A DNA stretch of 64,000 bases from an uncultured delta proteobacterium (GTDB taxonomy: Bacteria > Myxococcota_A > UBA9160 > SMWR01), in NCBI GenBank assembly GCA_963832165.1, contig CAWHTE010000004.1, positions 224,001 to 288,000 of the forward strand. Direction: 5' to 3'. The translations under genes were made by a program, and so were the position numbers. Positions within the stretch are counted from its first letter, which is position 1. Every line of letters starts with the position of its first letter. The notes beneath the pieces were generated by a model. The model worked only from the letters and a program-made list of their open reading frames with translations, was not told the DNA's origin and made no database searches. Shown in pieces: positions 43,866 through 53,148 of the stretch.

Positions 43866-46613
43866 ATGCGATTCCCTCTGACTCGCCGGCACCGTCGTTC
43901 CCGGCTGCGGGTGAGCTGCATGCTCGGCGTTCTGGTCGCGATCGCGAGCGCGATCGGACTCGATGCTGCGCGCGCGGGCGAGACGGAGGAAGTGTTGGTC
44001 GCGCAGGCGGCGGGCGAGGGCGCCGCCGCAGAGGCCCCTCGCGAAGAGCCGGTCCAGAACGAGCCGGAGGCGGAGGAGCCCGAGACCGGGACGGTGCCCC
44101 CCGGCGTCGAGGTGTTGCAGGTGAAGGGTCGCGGCGCAGGCGCGATCGAGGCCGAGGTTCCTTCGTCGCTCACGCTATTCGACGCTGCAACGATCGAGGC
44201 GCTCGGTGCCCAGGACATCTCGGACCTGTCGCGCGTCACGCCGAACGTGAACATCGTCCAGCCCGGATCGACGCAGGCGACGTTCTTCGTGCGCGGCGTC
44301 GGGCTCTCGGACTTCAGCTCCAATGCCGCGGGCGCCGTGACGATCTTCCAGGACGACGTCTCGATCAACGCGCCCGCGATCCAGACCGGCCAGCTCTACG
44401 ACGTCGAGGGCATCGAGGTGATGCGCGGGCCGCAGGGCACCGGCCCGTTCCGCAACGCGTCGGCGGGCGCGATCCGAGTGCGCTCGCGGCGTCCGACCGG
44501 CAACTACAGCGCGCAGCTTCGCACGAGCATCGGCCGCTACGACACGAAGGGCGACAAGGGCGCGCGCGACGCGATGATCCAGGACTACGAGGGCGCGGTG
44601 GAGATGCCGATCGTCGCGGACCTGCTCTCGTCGCGCTTCGCGTTCAGACTCCGCGAAGCAGACCCCTACAAGACGAATCGCTGCGCGAGAGCCCTGCCGC
44701 TGGATCAGCGTCTTCCGTTTCCGGGCTTCCGCGATCCCTACACCCCGGACGACCCCCGGGTCCGACAGTGCGGAGAAGGGGATGGAGGCGGGAACTTCCC
44801 GCGAGACCCGATTACCGGCCAACAAGGGAAGTCGATTATTCCCGTTGGACTCCCCTGGGCCGTGAACGACGAGCACAACTGGGCCGCACGCGGAACCTTG
44901 CGTCTCCAGCCGCGCGACAGCGACGTAGATTTCTTCCTGAATGCCCACGGAAGTCGCCTCGATCAGGACTCCACGCTGGGGCAGGCGATCGGAACGGACC
45001 CGCTGCCCGGAAGTCAAGGGGCTCGCTACGGCGGAAGCGACGTCACCGGCTACATCGACCGGGACGTCACGGAGGAGTTCGAGGAGCTGTGCGGACGCGT
45101 CGGAAGTACCTGTACCAACACACTCGCCGGAATCACGATGGTCAAACGGCTCGCCGGCGACCGGCCGCTCGACAAGCGGCCCTATCAAGGCGACTACAAC
45201 CGCGTCGGTCGGACGACGCGCGATGCCTACGGCGGCTTCGTGTCGGGCGAGGGGAACGTCGCCGACGACATCAAGCTATCGGCGCTGACCTCGTACGACC
45301 AATACGAGCGCTTCCAGGAGAACGACACCGACTTCACGCCGGGTCGCCTGTTCGAGCTCGTCCAGGACGACGAGGCCTGGCAGATGTACCACCAGCTGCA
45401 GCTCGAAGGCGAGCTCGGCATCGAGCCGATCCAATGGAACCTGGGCGTCTACTACCTCGAGGAGCACCTCGACAACGACGGGACGCTCTTCGTGACCGGC
45501 GATCTCAACGACGGAACGCCCAAGAACACGCGCCGTATCTACAGCCAGAACCTCGAGAGCTTCGGCGCCTGGGGCGGCTTCGTCTGGGACTTTGCCGACG
45601 ATTTCACGCTCGAGGGCGGCGTGCGTTACAACTATGAGAAGAAGAAATTCGATTTCACGCGCATCGAACGCGTGATCCAGGCCTTGGACGACACCAACTC
45701 CCAGGATGAGACCTGGCAGACGCCGACGGGCCAGATCGTCCTGAGCTATCACATCGACGAGGAGAAGTCGATCTACGCGCGATACGCGCGCGGATTCAAG
45801 GCCGGGCACTTCAACGCATTGGCCTCGGGGAACCTCGCCGATCCGCCCGCGGACGAGGAGTACAACGATTCCTGGGAAACCGGGCTGCGCGGGACCTGGT
45901 TCAACCGGCGCCTGGCGTTGGCGACCTCGTTCTTCTACTACCGCTATTCGAACTATCAGGTGTTCCTGTTCATCGACAGCGCCGACGCCTCCGAGCCTCC
46001 GGTCCTGGCGATCTTGAACGCGAAGCAGGCCGAGAATTTCGGCATCGAGGTGGAGGGGAGCGTGCAGCCTCTCGAGGGCTGGGCGCCGTCCCTGCTGTCC
46101 GGTCTGCGGTTCTCCGGGAACTTCAGCTGGCTACACGGCGAATACATCGACTTCGCTTCTGAGCGCCGGCTCACGACGGGCCCGCTCGGCATCAGCACCG
46201 TGCCGATCGACTACTCCGGACAGTCGCTCCAGAACGCGCCCGAGTACAAGGCGAGCGCCACGGCGGAGTGGACCTTCGATATCGGACGTTTCGGCTACAT
46301 CATCCCGCGCTACGACGTCAACTGGAGCGACGACGTGTTCTTCGACCCGAACGAAGGGCGCGGCTCGGTCGATCCCACGGGTGGCCCCACGCTGCCCGAA
46401 TACGGGATCGGCCAGAAGCAATACTTCCTGCACAACGTGCGGCTCGCCTACCGCACGCCGACCGGAAACGTCGAATTGGCGGGCTGGATCCGCAACGTCG
46501 AAGATCAGGTGTACAAGAACTTCGCGTTCGACGCGTCGGGATTCACGAGAGTCGTGATCAACTTCGCGGGCGAGCCGCGCACGTACGGCTTCGACGTCTC
46601 GGTGACGTTCTGA
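43866..46613 (+). CDS. TonB-dependent receptor
   Basis: Plug motifs FFVRGVG and IEVMRGPQGT, RGFKAGHFN, and C-terminal GEPRTYGFDVSVTF. Confidence 0.93.
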   Translation: MRFPLTRRHRRSRLRVSCMLGVLVAIASAIGLDAARAGETEEVLVAQAAGEGAAAEAPREEPVQNEPEAEEPETGTVPPGVEVLQVKGRGAGAIEAEVPSSLTLFDAATIEALGAQDISDLSRVTPNVNIVQPGSTQATFFVRGVGLSDFSSNAAGAVTIFQDDVSINAPAIQTGQLYDVEGIEVMRGPQGTGPFRNASAGAIRVRSRRPTGNYSAQLRTSIGRYDTKGDKGARDAMIQDYEGAVEMPIVADLLSSRFAFRLREADPYKTNRCARALPLDQRLPFPGFRDPYTPDDPRVRQCGEGDGGGNFPRDPITGQQGKSIIPVGLPWAVNDEHNWAARGTLRLQPRDSDVDFFLNAHGSRLDQDSTLGQAIGTDPLPGSQGARYGGSDVTGYIDRDVTEEFEELCGRVGSTCTNTLAGITMVKRLAGDRPLDKRPYQGDYNRVGRTTRDAYGGFVSGEGNVADDIKLSALTSYDQYERFQENDTDFTPGRLFELVQDDEAWQMYHQLQLEGELGIEPIQWNLGVYYLEEHLDNDGTLFVTGDLNDGTPKNTRRIYSQNLESFGAWGGFVWDFADDFTLEGGVRYNYEKKKFDFTRIERVIQALDDTNSQDETWQTPTGQIVLSYHIDEEKSIYARYARGFKAGHFNALASGNLADPPADEEYNDSWETGLRGTWFNRRLALATSFFYYRYSNYQVFLFIDSADASEPPVLAILNAKQAENFGIEVEGSVQPLEGWAPSLLSGLRFSGNFSWLHGEYIDFASERRLTTGPLGISTVPIDYSGQSLQNAPEYKASATAEWTFDIGRFGYIIPRYDVNWSDDVFFDPNEGRGSVDPTGGPTLPEYGIGQKQYFLHNVRLAYRTPTGNVELAGWIRNVEDQVYKNFAFDASGFTRVVINFAGEPRTYGFDVSVTF

Positions 46614-46616
46614 ACG

Positions 46617-48044
46617 TCAGCGCCCCGGCAGCGCATAGCCCAGGGCGCGGAGCTGGTTGAGCTGCAACTCGTCGAGCTCGAGGCGCCGTGGTTCCTGCTG
46701 CCAGGACGGCGCACTGGCGAGGTACTTCTTCGCGTGCTCGCGCATACGCTCGGCGACTTCCGGGTCGTCTTTGATCCGATTCTCCATCTCCTTGGCATCC
46801 CGGCTCGCGTCGAACAGCTCCTCGCGCGTCTTGCCCTTCGGATTCGTGAACTGCACGAAGCGGAAGCTGCCCTCGCTCACCGAGACGTTCGGCGACTTCG
46901 TGACGACACGCTGACCCCAGGTCTGATCGAGATGGGCGATCGCGACCGCGCCATCCTCGGGGCCCTGCTCGCCGCGCACGGCCGCGAGGATCTCGGGCAC
47001 GCGTGAACGGCCATCCACGTCCGCCAGGGGCGGCAGCCCGAGCAGGTCGAGCACGGTCGGCCACAGATCGACGTTGGCCGTGCGCTGCGTCACGACGGCG
47101 GGCTTCGCGAGGCGGAATGGGAAGCCGATCACGAGCGGCACCTCGGTGACCTCTGGATACACGTTGCGCGCATGGCCTTCACTGCCGCGCTCGCCGAACG
47201 CCTCCCCGTGATCGGATGTGATGATCAGCAGCGTGTGGTCGAGGTATCCGCCGGAGTAGAGCCTGGCAAACAGCTCCTCGAGCACCTGGTTCACGTGCAG
47301 GACCGCATTGTCGTAGACGTCGCCGTAGGCCGTGCCGAACTGCGCGCTCTCGGGCGTGTAGATGTACTCGTGCACGTCCATCAGGTGCAGATACAGGAAC
47401 CAGCGCTCGTGTCCGTAGACCCGCAGGAACTCGCCCGCGGACTCCACGACGTCCGCGTCGGTTCCGCCGAAGACCGCGGTGGGATTCTCGCGGCGCAGCT
47501 CGGGCGGAGCGCTTCGGACGCTCGGCCGCGTGTAGACGTCGAAGCCCTGGCTGAATCCGAAGTAGCCCTCCACCCAGCCATTGCGCCAGATGCCGGCCGT
47601 CCGGAAGCCCGCGTCGCGGAACACTTCCGCGGCGGTCTTCGCCTCGGCGGGAATCACATCGTCGAAGCGCGTGACTCCGGAACGCTGCGGATAGAGGCCG
47701 GTCCACATCGACGCCATCGAGGACTTCGTCCACGACGACTGGCTGAGCTGGCGGCCGAAGCGGAGTCCCTGCGCTGCGATCAGATCGAAGAACGGGCTGG
47801 TCGGTCGGGTATATCCGTAGGTGCGCAGGCGCCCGGCCCGCATCGTATCGATCAGGACGAAGAGCACGTTGACGTCCTTGCGCTGCGCGAGCGCGAGGAC
47901 GTCCTCGGCGGTGCCGGGTGGGCGCGGATCCACCAATCGCTTCGACTGCGCGCTCCAGTGCACGAGCCCGTAGGCCGAGAGCACGACCGCCGCGATCACC
48001 CAGGGCCAGGGACCTCGCCAGAAGCGCTTGTCGAGCCAATTCAC
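46617..48044 (-). CDS. Membrane-anchored sulfatase/alkaline-phosphatase-superfamily protein
   Basis: Motifs NVLFVLIDTMRA, SSWTKSSMASMWTG, HLMDVH, TSDHGEAFGE and VDLWPTVLDLLG. Confidence 0.88.
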   Translation of the reverse strand: MNWLDKRFWRGPWPWVIAAVVLSAYGLVHWSAQSKRLVDPRPPGTAEDVLALAQRKDVNVLFVLIDTMRAGRLRTYGYTRPTSPFFDLIAAQGLRFGRQLSQSSWTKSSMASMWTGLYPQRSGVTRFDDVIPAEAKTAAEVFRDAGFRTAGIWRNGWVEGYFGFSQGFDVYTRPSVRSAPPELRRENPTAVFGGTDADVVESAGEFLRVYGHERWFLYLHLMDVHEYIYTPESAQFGTAYGDVYDNAVLHVNQVLEELFARLYSGGYLDHTLLIITSDHGEAFGERGSEGHARNVYPEVTEVPLVIGFPFRLAKPAVVTQRTANVDLWPTVLDLLGLPPLADVDGRSRVPEILAAVRGEQGPEDGAVAIAHLDQTWGQRVVTKSPNVSVSEGSFRFVQFTNPKGKTREELFDASRDAKEMENRIKDDPEVAERMREHAKKYLASAPSWQQEPRRLELDELQLNQLRALGYALPGR

Positions 48045-48106
48045 GGCGCCGACTCTAGCGGCCAGTCCTGCTCCCGGCACTCGATCGAGGGGTATACTCC
48101 CGCGCC

Positions 48107-50343
48107 GTGCTCGGAATCGCCCCGCGAAATACTTGGCTGAACGTTCTGTGCAGCGCGATGTTGATATTCGGCGCGATCGGCTGCGGCCCATCCGATCCGC
48201 TCGAGAAGATCCGGGTGCAGCAGGACGTCAAGAATGATTTCCAGGGCTCGCTCGAACCGCTGCGCGAGTTGCTCGAAGAGCGACCGGACGATCCCGAAGT
48301 GCAGTATCGGTACGGGAGCGCACTGATCGCCGTCGGCGAATCCGGATTCGCCGTGTGGCCGCTCCGGAAGGCGATCGAATCACCCGAGTGGCTCGAGAAA
48401 GCCGGATTGCCCCTCGCGCTCACGCTGATGTCTTCGGGTACGTACGACGACGCGTTCGACCTCTGCAGTCGAATCCTCGAACAGAAGCCCGATTCCATCC
48501 CCGCGCTCTTGCTCCGTGCGCACACGCGCGTGTTGAGCCGCCGCAATTACGAGCAGGCACTGGCCGACGCTGATCGTGTCCTCGAGCTGGATCCGGAGAA
48601 CACCGATGCGCTGGGGCCGCGGGCGACGGCACTGCTGGGCCTCGATCGCATCGACGAAGCCGCCGTCGTGATCGAGCAGCTCGACGCGCTGTACCGAGAC
48701 GACAGCCTCGGCCTTCACGGATCACCGAGCCATTGCATGGCGCGCGCGACGTTTGCGAAGGAGAAGGGGGATCAGGCGCTGGCCGAAGAGCGCTACGACG
48801 CGTGTCTCGAACAGTTCCCCACCGAGGCGCTCGTGGTGAGCGGTGTCATGGATTTCTTCGATGAGATCGATCGCCGCGAGCGATCCGACGAGATCCTGAA
48901 GCAGGCGCTGGAGCGAGCGCCGCACAACTACTCGATGCGATCGGCACTCGTGCTCCGGCTCGACGCCGCGGGGAAGAGCGACGAGGCCAAGGCCGTGCTG
49001 CGCGCGGGCACCGAGCTGCCCTCGGCCGCGGATGCCGCCGAAGCATGGGCAGGTCTCGGATCGTTCAGTCTGGATCACGGCGAGACCGAAGAAGCGCTCG
49101 CGGCGTTCGAGAAGGCGAGAGAGCTCGACGGCTCGCGCAGTCCCCAGCTGATGCTCGCGTACGCGGACGCGCTGATCGCCGCGGCGCGATACGACGAGGC
49201 GCTCGCGATCGCCGACAAGATGCCGGTACCCGCGCATCAGTCGGTGGTGCGAGCGCGGATCGAGCTCGAGCGCGGAAACCCGGCCACCGCGCTGAAGCTC
49301 TTCGACGAAGGGCTGCGCATGTGGCCCAACAGCGCGGTGGCTCGCTACTACGCGGCAATCGCCGCCGAAGGGGTGGGGGACTTCAAGCGCGCCGTCGACG
49401 ATTACCGATACGCGATGCGGATCGACATCACGGCCACCGACGCCTATCTCCGACTAGCGCGCCTCGAGGCGGCTAGCGGCCACTACGATGCGGCTCAGAT
49501 GGCGTTGGCATTCGAGGCGGGCGAACGTCCCGAGGAGCGGGCCGCCGCCCTCTTGCAGGTTCGACTGCTGGGGCGACTCGGCCGCGAACGGCGGATGTCG
49601 CGCTATCTGCGCGAGCAGCTGACTAGCCGTGATTCCTGGGCCCCTGCGATCGCGGCGCTCGCAGACGGGGTGCGCGAGCGCAGTGGGTCGAAGGCAGCGC
49701 TCGCGGTGATGCGCCGGGCGAAGCCGCTCGAGCTCGACGAACCCGAGTACGTCGACGTGGTCGCCGCGATGGTCGAAGACCTGGCGGCGACTGGCAGCGC
49801 CAGAGAGGGGTCGCGCTGATCGAACGCGGCCTTCGCAAGCATCCGGAGGCCGCTGAGTTCCATGCGGTGCACGGTCGCGCTCTGTTCTTGAGTGGCGCGC
49901 CGCCGGCGTCGGCGCGCGCGGCATTCGGACGGGCACTCGCCAGCAATGGCGAGTCCGCGCGGGCATTGCTGGGTCTCGCGCGTCTCGAGGTCGACAGCGG
50001 CTCGAAAGAAGCGGCGGTGCCGCTCTACGAGCGCGCGATCTCAGCCGACGCGAATGACGGCGCAGCGGTCCGCGAGCTGGCATCGCTCTTGGTGGCGCTG
50101 GATCGGCCCCGCGACGCCGAGCCGCGTTTGGAAGCTCTGCTGCGCGACCGGCCCTACGATGCGGACGCAGCGCGAGCCCTGGCGGAGCTGCGGGTTGCGC
50201 GTGGCGTCACCGACGACCGCACCGTGGAGCTCGCGCGGCGCGCGGTCACGTTCGGCGGCGGCGCCGACGCGGCCGCATTCCTCGAGCGGATCAACGCTCG
50301 CGTCGGAGAGACGCCACCGACTGCCGCGCGCCAGGAGAGTTGA
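48107..50343 (+). CDS. TPR-repeat lipoprotein, split by a -1 frameshift at the G run 49807-49810
   Basis: Lipobox AIG-C and many TPR repeats. Adding one G joins ...AREG to VALIERGLRKHPEAAEFHAVHGRAL... and on to the stop at 50343. Confidence 0.8.
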
Positions 50344-50375
50344 CCCGGGCGTCGTTGGCACGGAACGTCGCGCCA

Positions 50376-51605
50376 TCACGGGTTTTGCGCGGGTGCCTTT
50401 GGGGGATTCTGGAGCCGTTTCACGCGCTCGGCGATCGCCGGGTTGGCGTTCCGGACCATCGCCGCCGTTCGCCGCGTGTACTCGGGTACGTCCGCCTGGG
50501 CGAACCAGGCCTTCGCAGCTTCGGGATCGATCTCGAACCACATCTGTCCTACCAGGATCGTGGTGTCTTCGCGCCAGCGTTCCGCGGTGAGACGCCGCGC
50601 GAGCTCGATCGCCTCCCTCGGACGCTCCGCGGTGAGGTTCTGCGCGTAGATCGACATGGCCGGCTCGTTCCAGCGCTGTATTTCGGCCTTCTCGATCCAG
50701 GCGCGTGCCTTCCCTGCGTCGCGCCGCAACCAGATGCGGAAGGTGTCTACGACACCGTCGTCGCGATCGGAGCCAGCCGGCAGCGACGCCAACCACGCCA
50801 TCGCGCGTTCGGGGTCGTGTTGGACCCAGCGCGTTCCGATGCGCCGCGGGTAGCTGGAGAGACGGGCGTCATCGCCCGCATTGACCCGGGACCTGGCCCA
50901 CTCGGCGGCGAGCGGAGCGCCGTTCTTGTCGAGCGCGGCGGCGCTCGCGACGCGCACCGACAGGATGTCGCGGATCGGCCCCTCTGCGAGCGAGTCCACC
51001 CAGCGGAACGCTCCTTCGGCACCCAGCGCGATCACCTTCCTGCGCGCGATCGTCTCGCAGATCTGTTGTACCTCGATGTCGGTAAAACTCTGGAGCGAAT
51101 CCATCAAGCCGGGTTGGCCCGATTCGTCCCACCCCGCGACCGCGGCGTCGCTTGCGAGATCGCGCTGCAACGGGAGTGCCAGGCCGCGCGCCATCCCCAA
51201 CGCCTTCTGGGGGTCCTTGTGCGCCCAGGCGCGGATCACCGCCGCGATCACGTTGGCGTGGCGCGCCCGCCAGTCGGTGCTCGTCCACGCAAACGCCGCC
51301 TCGGGGTCGTGCTGCGCCCACCAGATCGCGAACAGAACGAGCTCCGGGTCGCCGCTGTCGACGGGCGAGGTCTCGAATACCTCGACGATGTTCGGTGCGC
51401 TGCTCGGGTCCAGGCGCGGAATCAGGACGCCGAGCTCGGAGACCCGCAGCAGCGGATCCGGCTGCGCGAGGATCTCTCGCACGCGCTTGCCGGCGGCTTC
51501 TCCCGTGAGCTCCTCGGGTCTGGGCGAGCCACATCCGGCCGCCGCGATGGCAAGAGAGAGCAGGGGGAGCCCGAAACGCAGGAACCAAGGGGGGGGCTTG
51601 GACAT
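50376..51605 (-). CDS. Helical-repeat lipoprotein, function unknown
   Basis: Lipobox AAG-C and repeated W..HDPE.A.AW motifs. Confidence 0.75.
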   Translation of the reverse strand: MSKPPPWFLRFGLPLLSLAIAAAGCGSPRPEELTGEAAGKRVREILAQPDPLLRVSELGVLIPRLDPSSAPNIVEVFETSPVDSGDPELVLFAIWWAQHDPEAAFAWTSTDWRARHANVIAAVIRAWAHKDPQKALGMARGLALPLQRDLASDAAVAGWDESGQPGLMDSLQSFTDIEVQQICETIARRKVIALGAEGAFRWVDSLAEGPIRDILSVRVASAAALDKNGAPLAAEWARSRVNAGDDARLSSYPRRIGTRWVQHDPERAMAWLASLPAGSDRDDGVVDTFRIWLRRDAGKARAWIEKAEIQRWNEPAMSIYAQNLTAERPREAIELARRLTAERWREDTTILVGQMWFEIDPEAAKAWFAQADVPEYTRRTAAMVRNANPAIAERVKRLQNPPKAPAQNP

Positions 51606-51651
51606 GGCCGCGTATTCTACGAGGCGTGCAAGCCCCTGCAACCAAACGCGG

Positions 51652-51782
51652 AAACTGGGAAATGAGTTTCCCAAACTAGGAAACACATTTCCCCTCGCCG
51701 CGACTCCTATCGGGGGTCGTCGGACAAAAGCCTGCCATTTCCAGACTCTTGTCGATTTCATGACCGGGGCATGTTTCTTGCG
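51652..51782 (+). promoter_or_regulatory. Sigma-54-type promoter with upstream tandem palindromic sites (copy 3)
   Basis: 21-bp tandem repeat AAACTGGGAAATGAGTTTCCC / AAACTAGGAAACACATTTCCC. GGCATGTTTCTTGC (GG 51768, GC 51780). Confidence 0.72.
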
Positions 51783-51855
51783 TGGTAACATGCGCTCGCC
51801 GGTCTTTCGGCCGGAGAGTTGCGCCTGCCCTGGGCGCCAAAGCCAAGGAGACCTC

Positions 51856-53148
51856 ATGACCGCTCGATCCCTCTGGGCACTTTCGATCGGTGCAACGCTG
51901 ATGTTAGTCAGCAGCGCCGCCGGCGCCGTGAGTTATGGGTTCACGGGCAAGTTCACCTCGAACCGCGGGAAGATCATCAACATCCCCGTGGTCGGGAACA
52001 CCCCCTGCGCTCCGCTGACGCTGATGTCGGGTCCGGGTATGGGTGGCAAGACGACGCCCATGACCCACATGATCGTCCGCGGCGCGAATACGCAGCCCCA
52101 GAAGGCGGTCACGACCAATTTCAACATGACCGGCCGTGATCTCCTCTGCGTTGCTCATCTTCCGGGCAAGAAGCTCACCACGGACAACATGGTCACCGCG
52201 ATGGGCAATGGCGGTGGGTTCGTGATGCCGCCGAACGTATTCTCGAAGCCGCTGCCGCCCTACGTGCGCGCCGTCGAGGTGAAGTACGCACCGCCGGTGC
52301 TGCAGCTCGCCACGAGCTTCAAGATCACGGGTCCCGGTGCTGTGCGCACCACGCCGCCGGCCGGTACGATGGTCAACGGCGCGAACACCGCGCCATTCCA
52401 CGCGTTCGAGCAGAACGCCTTCGCGAAGCAGTCCGGCCGCGGTGTAGCGGACTTCGCCTGGTGTCCGAACAATCCGCCCGCGAAGGGTGTTTTTCCCTGC
52501 GGCAACATCACCCAGGGCGGGCCGCCCTTGCTGATCCGGTACTCGGGACCGGCCAACGGGAGATACTTCGGCGGGACGATGGCCTACATCATTACCACCG
52601 GGCCCAACGTGTCGAGCCTCGGCATCGGCGCGGGTGGCGCGGCGGCCGGCTTCCAGGTCCTCGCGGGCATGGGCTCGCAGCCCACGGGCCGCGGATTTGC
52701 CGAGTTCCTGACCGACAAGCTCATGATGGGGCCGATCTATGCCGGCGCGGTGCTGAATACCGTTACGCCGGGCCCGATCCTCGGCATGCAGAAGCTCATC
52801 ACGATGGTCGGTGCCAAGCAGCTGATCTCGTTCCCGAGCGGAACGAACTTCAACTGGGGCTTCCCGTTCACGACGCGGACGGTGCTCGTTCGCAATTACG
52901 CCTCGCGCACGACCACGCTGACCGCGATGGGCTATGACAAGCGCGGCACCCCGACCGCGATGGGCAAGCGCAACCTGTCGATGGTGGCGGGCGGTCTGGC
53001 GCTGGCCCGGCTCGTCGGCGCCTCCGACCAGCCGACGCCCGAGATCATGTCGATCCTCCTGCCGGAGCCCGGCGCGACGATGCAGATCGGGGCGGGCGTG
53101 CTGAGCCTGCTCGGCATCGCGGCCTGGCGATCGCGCCGAGTCCGCTAG
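51856..53148 (+). CDS. PEP-CTERM-type surface protein, Met/Gly/Pro/Thr-rich
   Basis: RBS AAGGAG, signal peptide ending AAGA, and tail LPEPGATMQIGAGVLSLLGIAAWRSRR. Confidence 0.85.
   Translation: MTARSLWALSIGATLMLVSSAAGAVSYGFTGKFTSNRGKIINIPVVGNTPCAPLTLMSGPGMGGKTTPMTHMIVRGANTQPQKAVTTNFNMTGRDLLCVAHLPGKKLTTDNMVTAMGNGGGFVMPPNVFSKPLPPYVRAVEVKYAPPVLQLATSFKITGPGAVRTTPPAGTMVNGANTAPFHAFEQNAFAKQSGRGVADFAWCPNNPPAKGVFPCGNITQGGPPLLIRYSGPANGRYFGGTMAYIITTGPNVSSLGIGAGGAAAGFQVLAGMGSQPTGRGFAEFLTDKLMMGPIYAGAVLNTVTPGPILGMQKLITMVGAKQLISFPSGTNFNWGFPFTTRTVLVRNYASRTTTLTAMGYDKRGTPTAMGKRNLSMVAGGLALARLVGASDQPTPEIMSILLPEPGATMQIGAGVLSLLGIAAWRSRRVR

Noticed and set aside
51652..51693. CRISPR-like or tandem-repeat array
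   Set aside because: Only two adjacent 21-bp units with no spacers and no cas genes. It is better explained as a regulator binding site.
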